Assembly (NCBI GenBank): GCA_938040725.1
Contig: CALHZX010000058.1
Span: 4,254 to 68,253 of the forward strand
DNA length: 64,000 bases
Direction: 5' to 3'
From: an uncultured Actinomyces sp.
GTDB taxonomy: Bacteria; Actinomycetota; Actinomycetes; Actinomycetales; Actinomycetaceae
A program made the translations under genes and the position numbers. The notes below the pieces were generated by a model. That model made no database searches and was not told the DNA's origin. It was given only the letters and a program-made list of their open reading frames with translations. Each line of letters begins with the position of its first letter. Positions within the stretch are counted from its first letter, which is position 1. Positions 39,097-49,988 of this stretch are shown here, one piece after another.

Positions 39097-39708
39097 CTAC
39101 TGTGCGTCGCTGGCCTGCGCGTCCTCCTGCGAGGGATCCTGCTTGAAAACCACCTTAAAGATGGGGAAGAACACCCAGAAGGAGATGGCGGCGTTGATAA
39201 TCATCGTGATGACGTCGGCAAAGGTTTCGCCGCCCGCGCCCATCACAGAAATCGCCCACGCATAGATCGGCTCTTTATAGAGAACCTGAAGGGCGGCGGC
39301 TGCGATCATGATGACGACGTAGGCGACCGCGTACCAGAAGGCCGCCTTGCCCACGGACGAGTTGGACTTGAAGGTAACGTTGCGCTGGGCAAAGAAGTTG
39401 ATGACCTGCGCAATCAGCAGGGTGATCTCCACGGCAAGGAAATACGCGAGGCCACCGCCTCCACCCACAGACATTGAGCCTGCCGGGTAGTCGAAGAGGA
39501 AGACCGTGTGTCCGTGCGAGACGCCGACCGGCAGGAACTGGAAGGCCGTGTCGACGAGGCTCGTGTGCGCGAAAACCGCCTTGAACGCCGGCATGAGAAC
39601 CAGCTGCAGCACCGTAATGCCGTTGGAGAGGATGAAGAAGATGATGAACTGCGCAACCGTCGGGTGCTTGGATTCAAAGTTCTTCCACCACCGGGTAAGA
39701 GCCTGCAT
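39097..39708 (-). CDS. Four-TM membrane protein, GtrA-like
   Basis: QFIIFFILSNGITVLQ, AQVINFFAQRNVTFKS resemble GtrA helices; in operon between GH3 and GT2. Confidence 0.7.
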   Translation of the reverse strand: MQALTRWWKNFESKHPTVAQFIIFFILSNGITVLQLVLMPAFKAVFAHTSLVDTAFQFLPVGVSHGHTVFLFDYPAGSMSVGGGGGLAYFLAVEITLLIAQVINFFAQRNVTFKSNSSVGKAAFWYAVAYVVIMIAAAALQVLYKEPIYAWAISVMGAGGETFADVITMIINAAISFWVFFPIFKVVFKQDPSQEDAQASDAQ

Positions 39709-39753
39709 GTGTGTTCCTTTACGTCAGTTGGGAGTAACGAGGTTGGGACCGCA

Positions 39754-42087
39754 TCATCGGGTCTGGTCGAGTTCGCGCTGGGTGGCCTTGTTGGCACGCG
39801 CGTTGGAGAGGAATCCGAGGGCGGCGCGGGTGAGTCCTCGCAGGGGGTGCCCGTTGACGGCCAGGAGGATCGCGTCCACCATGTCGGGGCTTGCCGCGCC
39901 GTTGCTCATCTTCGCGATGGCACGGAAAGGCATGTTGAGGACGAAGAGGATGTTGAGGTCCGGGGTTCCCTTAGCGTCAGCCTTCGCTTTGAGGGCATGA
40001 AGCTTGCGTCCGGCGACGCGGGCAAGCCAGGTCTTGGCGCGCGTCATCTCGGACATCGGGTCGGCTGCCGACAGGTCGTCCGCGGGATGAGCCGTCGGGA
40101 TCGTCCGTCCCAGCAGGACCGCAAACTCGCCGTTGGTGACGTGCGCGACGTCGGCGCTCAGGTAGTGTCCGAGGGCCGGGTCGATCGGCGAGGGTGTGGT
40201 TCCTTCGACCTCGAGGGTGGCGCTCAGCGGCGTGTCGGAGACGTTGCGTCCCACGTGGACCGTCCAGGTTCCTGCCTCGGTTTCCCACGCTGCGCGCGAC
40301 GTCTCCCAGTGACGGAACGTGTAGCGATCGAAGGGAATCGTCACGCTCACTGATGCTCCGGCAGCCACCTCGACCTTGGCAAAGCCCTTGAGTTCGCGGG
40401 CGGGACCGAACACGCCGCCGGGTGCACTCACGTAGAGCTGGACGACCTCGGCACCGTCGCGCGCAGAGGTGTTGGTGACCGTGAGGGTCGCCCCCTCCTG
40501 CGTGACTGCAAGATCGGAGTATTCGAAGCTCGAGTATGAGAGGCCGTAGCCGAAGGGGAAAGCAACGTCCACGCCCGCGGTCGTGAAGTAGCGGTAGCCG
40601 ATAAAGGGGCCCTCGCGGTAGTAGGACAGCGGGCCGGTGGCCGGGTACCAGGCGGCGGTCGGGTGGTCCTCATAGGAGAGCGCGTACGTTTCGGCCAGGC
40701 GTCCCGACGGATTGACGGCGCCACTCAGGACGTCGAGCATCGCCCCAGCTCCTCCCTGGCCGGTCAGGTAACCGTTGACGAGCGCGGGCACGGCATGCGC
40801 CCACGGCATCTCGACGCTGGCGCCGCCGGTCAGGACGACGACGGTGCGCGGATTGGCCGCTACGACGGCCTCGATAAGCCGATCCTGGCCCTCGGGCAGG
40901 CGCATGTGGGGGCGGTCCAGGCCCTCGGATTCGGCCAGCTCGTCGAGACCCACGTAGACAAGCGCCACGTCGGCGCGCGCGGCGAGGGCAACGGCCTCGT
41001 CGATGAGAGCGTCGCTCGTACCGCCGTGGCGCTCATACCCGCTCGTATATCCGGCACAGACGAGGCCTCCGGAGGCCTCTCCCCCGGCTTCGAGGAGCCC
41101 ACGCGGCGATTCGACGCGCGTGGGGTTGACCTGGGAGGAACCCGATCCCTGGAAGCGGGGCGTGTCAGCGAGGGCACCGATGAGGGCAACACTGGTCCCG
41201 GCACTCAGGGGCAGGAGATCGTCCTCATTGCGCAGAAGCGTGATCGCCTCGGCGGCGATGCGCGTGGCCAGCCCGTGGTGCGACTCGAGGTCGTAGGGCC
41301 TGGGCGCGGGCAGGCCGGCGGCAGCTGCTGCGACGGCGCTGTTCGAACCACCCCAGTCGGAGACGACCATGCCGTCAAAACCCCACTCGGTGCGCAGGAT
41401 GTCGGTCAGCAGGTGCTTGTTCTCGTGTGCGTAGGTACCGTTGACGAGATTGTAGGAGCTCATGATCGCTCGCGGCTGAGCGGTGCGGCACACGATCTCG
41501 AAGCCGGTCAGGTAGATCTCGCGCATCGTGCGCTCATCCACGATGGAATCCGACGCCATGCGACGCAGCTCCTGGGAGTTAACAGCAAAGTGCTTGGGGC
41601 AGGCAGCGGTACCCGTGGATTGAATTCCCTGGACAAGGCCCGCTGCCATACGGCCCGCAAGGATCGGGTCCTCGGAGAAGTACTCGAAGTTTCGCCCGCA
41701 CAGGGGCGAGCGCTTGATGTTGAGGCCCGGGCCGAGCAGGACATCGACGCCAAGACCTCGGGCCTCCACACCCAGTGCCTCGCCCATCTCACGCGCCAGG
41801 TCGGGATTCCAGGTAGCCGCAACGGCGGACGCCGTCGGGAAGCAGGTCGCCTTCTCGGACTCCGCGATGCCCAGGTGGTCGGCGTCGCCGAGCTGGCGGC
41901 GCACGCCGTGGGGTCCGTCGCTCATGACAAAGGAAGGGACATTCGCAGCGGGGATCGCGCGCGAGTCCCATGCGCTGGCTCCCGACAGAAGAGCCACCGC
42001 CTGCAGCAGCGCCAGGTCATTGGCGTCGCTCAGTGCTTGGTGTTCCATCGTCGTGAACTGCCTTTCATGCTCCATCGCGGGTGTCAT
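39754..42087 (-). CDS. Glycoside hydrolase family 3 (beta-glucosidase-like) with an apparent internal in-frame deletion
   Basis: SDGPHGVR, GPGLNIKRSPLCGRNFEYFSEDP, KHFA.N, VSDWG, SEGLDR, FPFGYGLSY, Fn3-like tail. Start is ATG 42087 or 42048. Confidence 0.88.
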   Translation of the reverse strand: MTPAMEHERQFTTMEHQALSDANDLALLQAVALLSGASAWDSRAIPAANVPSFVMSDGPHGVRRQLGDADHLGIAESEKATCFPTASAVAATWNPDLAREMGEALGVEARGLGVDVLLGPGLNIKRSPLCGRNFEYFSEDPILAGRMAAGLVQGIQSTGTAACPKHFAVNSQELRRMASDSIVDERTMREIYLTGFEIVCRTAQPRAIMSSYNLVNGTYAHENKHLLTDILRTEWGFDGMVVSDWGGSNSAVAAAAAGLPAPRPYDLESHHGLATRIAAEAITLLRNEDDLLPLSAGTSVALIGALADTPRFQGSGSSQVNPTRVESPRGLLEAGGEASGGLVCAGYTSGYERHGGTSDALIDEAVALAARADVALVYVGLDELAESEGLDRPHMRLPEGQDRLIEAVVAANPRTVVVLTGGASVEMPWAHAVPALVNGYLTGQGGAGAMLDVLSGAVNPSGRLAETYALSYEDHPTAAWYPATGPLSYYREGPFIGYRYFTTAGVDVAFPFGYGLSYSSFEYSDLAVTQEGATLTVTNTSARDGAEVVQLYVSAPGGVFGPARELKGFAKVEVAAGASVSVTIPFDRYTFRHWETSRAAWETEAGTWTVHVGRNVSDTPLSATLEVEGTTPSPIDPALGHYLSADVAHVTNGEFAVLLGRTIPTAHPADDLSAADPMSEMTRAKTWLARVAGRKLHALKAKADAKGTPDLNILFVLNMPFRAIAKMSNGAASPDMVDAILLAVNGHPLRGLTRAALGFLSNARANKATQRELDQTR

Positions 42088-42205
42088 CGATGACTCTAGT
42101 GTGTGCCTTCGCTGCACTGAGCAACCGACCATGCGCATGATTTGTCGTTTGCGAGGCCCATTCTGCATATCCGAGGCCGTTTCTTCCCTGAGATAAGATT
42201 GCCCT

Positions 42206-43105
42206 ATGACTGACACCAAAGGTTGCGCACAGGCGCAGAACGAAGCTGGTTCTCCCCGCGCGGTCTTTGTTGACATCGACGGAACGCTGTGCGACTCACG
42301 CCAGCACATCCCGCGCTCAGCGATCGACGCTCTTTCGCAGGTCCGGAGCAACGGACACCGCATCTTCGCCTGCACGGGACGCTCAGCACCCGAGGTCTAC
42401 CCACGCTTCTGGGACGTCGGCTTCGAAGGGCTCGTTGGCGGCGCCGGCGGATACGCATCCGTTGAGGATCACGTGCTTCTCGACGAACGCATGCCCCGCG
42501 AGCACGTCGAGGTCTTGACTACCCTGTGGGAGGAACTCGATGCCTTCTACATCTGGCAGGGCCCGGACCACATGGGTCCCTCCGAGGGATATCTCGACTT
42601 TTTCGTCCCCAGGGCAGGGTCGCACCCCGAAGACTGGATCGAATATGCCCAGTCGATCACGCCCTTCATCGTCAACATTGACGACGGTTCCTTCACGAAG
42701 GTAACAGCATACGTGCCGCCCGAGAAAGCATCGTTGGAACGGGTGACGGCCGCACTTCCGACCGGATACCGTGCGATTATCGGCTCGGTGGGAGCAGCGG
42801 GATACGTGCCTTTCGAAGTCGTACCCGCCCACTTGTCGAAGGCAGTCGGAATCAGGGCGATCTGCGAACACGTCGGCATTCCCCTGTCCCGCACCGTCGC
42901 ACTCGGGGACTCCAACAACGACATCGAGGCCGTGGAAACCGCCGCGCTCGGCATCAGCATCGGGAACGGATGCGAAGCCCTGACGAAGGCTGCAAACATC
43001 GTCGCCCCCAGCGTCTGTGAAGATGGGCTTGCGTGGGCTCTGAGTGCGGTCGGCCTGACTGGACAGGACCACACGAGGGGCTCCAGCCTCGGCGATACGC
43101 AGTGA
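42206..43105 (+). CDS. Cof-type HAD-IIB hydrolase
   Basis: FVDIDGTL, CTGRS, SKAVGI, LGDSNNDI. Confidence 0.9.
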   Translation: MTDTKGCAQAQNEAGSPRAVFVDIDGTLCDSRQHIPRSAIDALSQVRSNGHRIFACTGRSAPEVYPRFWDVGFEGLVGGAGGYASVEDHVLLDERMPREHVEVLTTLWEELDAFYIWQGPDHMGPSEGYLDFFVPRAGSHPEDWIEYAQSITPFIVNIDDGSFTKVTAYVPPEKASLERVTAALPTGYRAIIGSVGAAGYVPFEVVPAHLSKAVGIRAICEHVGIPLSRTVALGDSNNDIEAVETAALGISIGNGCEALTKAANIVAPSVCEDGLAWALSAVGLTGQDHTRGSSLGDTQ

Positions 43106-44364
43106 GCGGATCACTGCAGCACTGGCTGCACCATCCCCTGACCCGTAACTCCGCCTTCATGCACCTGTGGGCGGGGCAAACCGCCGCGCAAGTGGGCTTC
43201 CAGGTCGGCACTCTCGCAACGTCAGCGATCGCGATTACCGTCCTTCATGCGAGCGAAACGCAGATCGGCATTCTGGCAGGCTTGCAGATGCTTGCCTTCC
43301 TCATCGTTGGACTCCCCGCAGGTGCGTGGGTGGACGGGTGGCGTAAGCGCCACGTCATGATCACAGCAAACCTCGCGCGCATCGCAGCGCTCGTATCCAT
43401 CCCCATCGCCTACGCCTTTTTCTCTCTCACCATCGCCCACCTCATGGTCGTCGCGGCACTCCTCGGCCTGTCCACAGTCTTCTTCGACGTCGCCTATCAG
43501 TCCTACGTGCCGATGATCGCCTCAAAGCGATACATCGGAGCCGCGAACGGGCGCCTCGAGGCCTCCTACCAGGTAGGGCGTGCGGGCGGGCCGGGCTTGG
43601 GCGGCTGGCTCCTCGGCGTGCTCGCCCCTCCCCTGGCGTACCTCCTCACCGCATCGACCTATGTGTGCTCAACGTGGGCGATCTGGCGCATCCGCACCCC
43701 CGAGCCACGTCCCGCTCACTCCGATGCGTCACTTCGTTCTCAGATTGTTGAAGGGCTCTCCTTCGTGCGCGGCCAGCGCCTACTCTTTCCACTCTTCTCG
43801 TGCATCGCATGCGCAGCGTTCGCGGGGGCTGGCATTCAGGTCCTCCTACCCATCCTGGTCCTGCGAACCCTCGGCATGAGCGCCACGCAGCTCGGTCTGT
43901 TACTGAGCGCGGGCGCGCTCGGCGGTATCCTCGGCGCTCTCACGAGGCCGGCGTGGATCACGCGCCTGGGAATCGGGCGCTGCATCGTCATCACGAACAT
44001 CGTCGGTGTCTCAGCACTCCTCGCCCAGCCCGCATCCGTCCACGTCCCGGTCGCCGCCGCGTGGGTCATCGCGTGCTCCGGCGTTGTCTCATCGTATTTC
44101 ATCACGATCTACAACGTCACCCAGATGAGCTTGCGTCAGGAAATCTGCCCGCCCGACATGCTCGGACGAATGAACGCGATCTTCCGCTTCGCAGTCTGGG
44201 GAGTCATGCCCCTCGGATCCTTCGTCGCTGGCATCATTGCGTCATGGGTGGGCGTCGAAGCAACCATGTACATCTTCACCGCAGCGTCGATCACGGCGGG
44301 CATCGCCATGGGCTTCACACCTGCAGCACGCATTCGAGGAATGATCGCCGCCAACGTCTCATAA
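43102..44364 (+). CDS. MFS transporter
   Basis: GLPAGAWVDGWRKR motif A, about 12 TM helices, LRQ...P.DMLGRMNA; GTGA overlap with the HAD gene. Confidence 0.9.
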   Translation: MSGSLQHWLHHPLTRNSAFMHLWAGQTAAQVGFQVGTLATSAIAITVLHASETQIGILAGLQMLAFLIVGLPAGAWVDGWRKRHVMITANLARIAALVSIPIAYAFFSLTIAHLMVVAALLGLSTVFFDVAYQSYVPMIASKRYIGAANGRLEASYQVGRAGGPGLGGWLLGVLAPPLAYLLTASTYVCSTWAIWRIRTPEPRPAHSDASLRSQIVEGLSFVRGQRLLFPLFSCIACAAFAGAGIQVLLPILVLRTLGMSATQLGLLLSAGALGGILGALTRPAWITRLGIGRCIVITNIVGVSALLAQPASVHVPVAAAWVIACSGVVSSYFITIYNVTQMSLRQEICPPDMLGRMNAIFRFAVWGVMPLGSFVAGIIASWVGVEATMYIFTAASITAGIAMGFTPAARIRGMIAANVS

Positions 44365-44470
44365 TGTGACGTGCTCGGTAGGCACAAGAGTGTCTATTCA
44401 CGCACCGTCGCGATACCATAAGTGTGAGGCAAACCGCAGCGGTTTGGGTCATTGAGCCAAGGAGGACACC

Positions 44471-44701
44471 ATGGACACCGCAACGACCATCATCAAAGCC
44501 CTGGGCGGCTGGGACAACATCTCCAACCTAGAAGCGTGCATCACGCGCATCCGTCTCGATGCGGCCAACACCGACCTCATCGACGAGGCGAAGCTGCGCG
44601 AGGCCGGAGCCTTCGACGTCGTCATCGTCGGCGACGCGGTTCAGGTCGTCATGGGTCCCGACTCTGAGGACCTCGTCGAGCAGATGAAAGCGAGCCGGTG
44701 A
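44471..44701 (+). CDS. Stand-alone PTS EIIB (glucose/GlcNAc family)
   Basis: ALGGWDNI..LEACITRIR with catalytic Cys, VQVVMG; AGGAGG RBS. Confidence 0.92.
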   Translation: MDTATTIIKALGGWDNISNLEACITRIRLDAANTDLIDEAKLREAGAFDVVIVGDAVQVVMGPDSEDLVEQMKASR

Positions 44702-45171
44702 GCTTCCTCGTTCGCGCACCTTTCGCCGCACAGATCCTGCCACTCAGCGACGTACCTGACCCCGTCTTCGCCAGTGGCGTCGTTGGAGATGGCCGCGCGC
44801 TCCTTCCCAATGCCGACGCATCGTGCGTCACGGTGCGTTCCCCCACCGCCGGCGTCGTCACGAAGCTCAAGTCACACGCTGTGATCGTCACCTCGACGCA
44901 CGGGGTATCTATCCTCATCCACCTGGGGATCGATACCGTGGGACTGCGAGGAAAAGGTTTCGCACCCCTCGTCGACGAGGGGGACATCGTCGAAGTCGGC
45001 AGGCCCCTCATCCACTGGGACCTCATGCCAGTTCAGGAGGCATACCTCTCCCCCTGTGTGCCCGTCATCGTCGTGAACCCATCGGGCATGCAGGTATGCC
45101 AAGAATATGACGAGGACGCCGCCTCGGTAGACGCACTCGCCCCCCTTTTCTCAATTCCGGACGGTGAGTGA
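44698..45171 (+). CDS. PTS EIIA (Crr-like)
   Basis: VPDPVFASGVVGDG, HAV, ILIHLGIDTV.L.GKGF. Confidence 0.92.
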   Translation: MSFLVRAPFAAQILPLSDVPDPVFASGVVGDGRALLPNADASCVTVRSPTAGVVTKLKSHAVIVTSTHGVSILIHLGIDTVGLRGKGFAPLVDEGDIVEVGRPLIHWDLMPVQEAYLSPCVPVIVVNPSGMQVCQEYDEDAASVDALAPLFSIPDGE

Positions 45172-45182
45172 TCACTGCTCCG

Positions 45183-45226
45183 ACCAATGAGCCCCGCGAC
45201 TCTTACGAGTCGCGGGGCTCATTGGT
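45183..45226. terminator. Bidirectional terminator between EIIA and malQ
   Basis: 20-bp perfect stem accaatgagccccgcgactc-ttac-gagtcgcggggctcattggt. Confidence 0.85.
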
Positions 45227-45243
45227 AGGGACGCTGGGCTGCG

Positions 45244-47394
45244 TCAGTTGACGCTGCCGCGGAGCAAAGCAAACAACGACGTGAGGCGCTCATCCGTGGG
45301 CAGCTCCTCAATCGCCACCTCATCCCCGTTGGAATCGCACAGCGGCACGCACCAGTTCGGATACTGATCCGCACCCGTACCCGGCATATTCTGCGGACGC
45401 ACGTCCCCGACCGCATCCACAAGCGAGGCGACGACAAGCTTCGACGGCGTCTGCGCGACGTATCGGTACAGGCCCTCAACGGTCTCGCGCTCGCTAGGCT
45501 GGGCACCGTCAACGCAGCCGTACTCAAGCAGGCGCGCATTGACCTGCTCAAGCTCGAGGCGATCACCGGCGCGCACCGTCTCAATATCAGCCGTCAGCAG
45601 ACCAAGCTCGGAACGCAGGGTCGTCTGAATGCCACGAATGTAGCCGAGGGTGGGCGGTAGGTCATGGATGTTGACGGCTGCCAGAGCGCGATCACGGTAG
45701 TGCTCGGGGCGCAGCGGCCAGCCGCCACCTTCCTTCTCGAACCACACAACGGAGGTGCCCAGGACACCGCGCTCACGTAGGTAGTCGCGCACCCATGGCT
45801 CAACCACGCCGAGGTCCTCACCAATAACAACGGCACTCGCGCGCTGGGCCTCCAGCAGGATGACGCCCATCATGGCCTCGTGATCGTAGTACACGTAGGT
45901 GCCCTCGGTGGCGGCGCATCCGTCCGGGATCCACCACAGGCGGAACATACCCAGGATGTGATCAATGCGCACCGCACCGGCGTTAGCCAGCGCAGCGCGG
46001 ACCATGTCACGCAGCGGCAGGTAGCCCGACTCCGCGAGGCTACGCGGCGACCACGGCGGCTGCGACCAGTTCTGTCCCTGCTGGGAGTAGACGTCCGGCG
46101 GAGCACCCACGCTCATGCCGCTGGCAAAGAGCTCGGGACGGCTCCACTTTTCGGAACCGTAGGGGTGCACGCCGACTGCCAGGTCGGCCATGATGCCAAT
46201 CTCCATGCCGACCTCGCGCGCCACATGCTGGGCGTGCTCGAGCTGTTCAGCGGCGACCCACTGGCACCACTGGTAGAAGTCGACGCGATCAGCGAGCTCG
46301 AGGCGCTCAAGCTCGACGCGAGGCGCAGAGGAACGAGCCAGATCCTCGGGCAGTTCGATCGTGCCCTCGCGCTCAACGAGGGCGCACCACAGCGCATAGT
46401 TGGACAGCTCCGAACCGCCACGCTCGATAAAGCGATCCAGCTGGCTCTGGCGATGATACGAGCGAGGAGCCGCAAAGATCAGTTCAAGAGCCGTGCGCTT
46501 GGCCTCCCACGAGCGATCACGGTCGATCAGGTCCTCGCGGGTGGCGAACTGGCGGGTCTCGTCGCGCAGCTGCTCGATGGCTGCGCGCGAGGCCTGGGGC
46601 AGCGAGGCGTACTCCTCGATGCTCTCGGGGCGAATGTAGATCGGGTTGAGCCACCGACGCGACACCGGCAGGTAGGGGGAGGTCTCCAGCGGAGAGACCG
46701 GCTGCGATGCATGGACCGGATTAACGAGCAGGAAATCGGCCCCCTTATCCGCGCATACGGCAGCCAGGTCAGCCAGATCGGCGGCATCGCCAATACCCCA
46801 CGAGGAGGCTGAGCGCGTCGAGTACAGCTGAGCGTTGACTCCCCAGACGCGGCGCGAGGACTCCAAGAGGGGCAGCGACAGCGTGTTCGGCACGATAATG
46901 AGGGTCGCGGATTCCACATGTCCGCCCTCGACAGTCGCCACGAGGCGATGCCAGCCGAGCGGCAGCCAATGCGGCACGTCGAAGGTCGCGCGACCGACGA
47001 GCTCGCCGTCGATCATGCGGGGCGGAACGTAGCGGTCCACCTGATCGCACGCGCCCTTACGACCGTCCTCCAGCACCCACTGGACGTTCACCCACGAACC
47101 ATCCGGCACGTGCACCGGGAACATGTAGCCGCCACCCTGGCGGGCGACGATCGTTGGAGGAAGGGTACGACGCCATTCGCGTTCCTCGGTCAGGCGCTGA
47201 GCCTCGTACACATCGCCCACGGTGGAAGATTCGTCGAGGGGCAGACCGAGGGCGCCAAGAACCTTCAGAAGAGTGGACGCACTCACGCCCACCCAGTTCC
47301 CATACCAATCCCAGAATCCGGTGGCTACGCCATTAGCGTCAGCGATACGGCGCAGCTCATCAATGTTGTCAGATGCGGGTGCGTGAATATCCAC
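45244..47394 (-). CDS. malQ: 4-alpha-glucanotransferase (amylomaltase, GH77)
   Basis: QLYSTRS..SWGIGD, SPYLP.SRR, DLAVG, GAPPD, RIDHILG.FRLWWIP, GEDLG, QNMPGT. Start reset to GTG 47394. Confidence 0.95.
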   Translation of the reverse strand: MDIHAPASDNIDELRRIADANGVATGFWDWYGNWVGVSASTLLKVLGALGLPLDESSTVGDVYEAQRLTEEREWRRTLPPTIVARQGGGYMFPVHVPDGSWVNVQWVLEDGRKGACDQVDRYVPPRMIDGELVGRATFDVPHWLPLGWHRLVATVEGGHVESATLIIVPNTLSLPLLESSRRVWGVNAQLYSTRSASSWGIGDAADLADLAAVCADKGADFLLVNPVHASQPVSPLETSPYLPVSRRWLNPIYIRPESIEEYASLPQASRAAIEQLRDETRQFATREDLIDRDRSWEAKRTALELIFAAPRSYHRQSQLDRFIERGGSELSNYALWCALVEREGTIELPEDLARSSAPRVELERLELADRVDFYQWCQWVAAEQLEHAQHVAREVGMEIGIMADLAVGVHPYGSEKWSRPELFASGMSVGAPPDVYSQQGQNWSQPPWSPRSLAESGYLPLRDMVRAALANAGAVRIDHILGMFRLWWIPDGCAATEGTYVYYDHEAMMGVILLEAQRASAVVIGEDLGVVEPWVRDYLRERGVLGTSVVWFEKEGGGWPLRPEHYRDRALAAVNIHDLPPTLGYIRGIQTTLRSELGLLTADIETVRAGDRLELEQVNARLLEYGCVDGAQPSERETVEGLYRYVAQTPSKLVVASLVDAVGDVRPQNMPGTGADQYPNWCVPLCDSNGDEVAIEELPTDERLTSLFALLRGSVN

Positions 47395-47434
47395 GAAAAA
47401 GCCTTCTACGTTGCGGGCTGATAATACCTTTATA

Positions 47435-47719
47435 TTAAGCGTGGACGCGCTGCGACAAAGACTCCGCGGGCGTGTCATGGGCCACGCTGCGAAGGTTTGC
47501 GATTATCGCCGCAGCCACATCGTCGGACTGAGCGCCGCACACGATTTGCACAACGTCGCCGGAGCGCACGACGGCCAATACGCCGTCCACGCGCAGCGCC
47601 GCCTCATCGACGTCCCGCTGAGATTTCACCTGAATTCGGATACGCATCGTGCAGGGTTCTACCTCGAGGATGTTGAGGTGTCCACCCAGCGCGTCGATGA
47701 GCATTTGTTCAATCGCCAC
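47435..47719 (-). CDS. Second stand-alone PTS EIIB
   Basis: ALGGHLNILEVEPCTMRIR, VVQIVCG. Confidence 0.88.
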   Translation of the reverse strand: MAIEQMLIDALGGHLNILEVEPCTMRIRIQVKSQRDVDEAALRVDGVLAVVRSGDVVQIVCGAQSDDVAAAIIANLRSVAHDTPAESLSQRVHA

Positions 47720-47747
47720 CGGAGCCCCTTTCGCGCGGTCGGATACT

Positions 47748-47763
47748 TGCGATACGTGTCACA
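47748..47763. promoter_or_regulatory. Putative CRP/GlxR site upstream of the EIIB-malQ operon
   Basis: TGCGA-TACGTG-TCACA, one mismatch to TGTGA-N6-TCACA. Confidence 0.5.
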
Positions 47764-47940
47764 TAGTAGATGTGACCTGCGCAAAAGGCAAGTGGCATCC
47801 GCTACATGAGCAAATGTCCGCCGATCACAGGTGACAGAAGCGAAAGTTCCGGCGAGCAACTACAATCCCACAGCCTGTCAAGTCCAGCCCTCTTTCAGAT
47901 TGGCACAACAACCATGTTGCGCCTGCCCACCAACACACAA

Positions 47941-47974
47941 CTGGGGGGAGAATCTTTCAACCCTCCCCCCACAG
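47941..47974 (-). terminator. Hairpin downstream of ettA
   Basis: ggggggag...ctcccccc inverted repeat just past the stop codon. Confidence 0.45.
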
Positions 47975-47987
47975 CCAATGACGCGAT

Positions 47988-49670
<1,683 letters not shown>

Positions 49671-49859
49671 GTTACTCCGTTCGAGTGGTTCGGGCGCGCC
49701 TATGCGCGCGTATTCACCCCTATGGTACCGACCCGATACGGGCCGATGAGCCGCCCAGCGGGATGCAGGGGTCGGTGATCCTCATCTCAGCGCACTATTT
49801 CGCGGATTTCCCACCTTCCGCTTTCCGCAAGGGTTACGCGATGGTTACGGATGCGTAGT

Positions 49860-49935
49860 GATTTGTCGAAAACTATTCCAATTTTTTAAAAAACGCATGC
49901 GTAGGTTTGTTTTTTAAGACAAACTTTTAAGTATC
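49860..49935 (+). promoter_or_regulatory. AT-rich promoter/operator region of the birA-acc-fas operon
   Basis: A conspicuous AT-rich island containing palindromes ttttttaaaaaa, acgcatgcgt and GTTTGT-N8-ACAAAC (49905-49924). Confidence 0.5.
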
Positions 49936-49988
49936 GGGGGACGAGTGCCTCCACTGTTAAACAGCATCACCCGGAGGGAGGAACGCCG

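Noticed and set aside
42088..42205. Possible LytTR direct repeats (cgaggcc twice, 20 bp apart; gcac/gcat at 21 bp) upstream of GH3
   Set aside because: Too short and GC-rich to distinguish from chance.
47800..47987. Intergenic stretch and short ORFs between EIIB and ettA, considered as tRNA, sRNA or CDS
   Set aside because: No cloverleaf and no coding bias; explained by a terminator plus promoter region.
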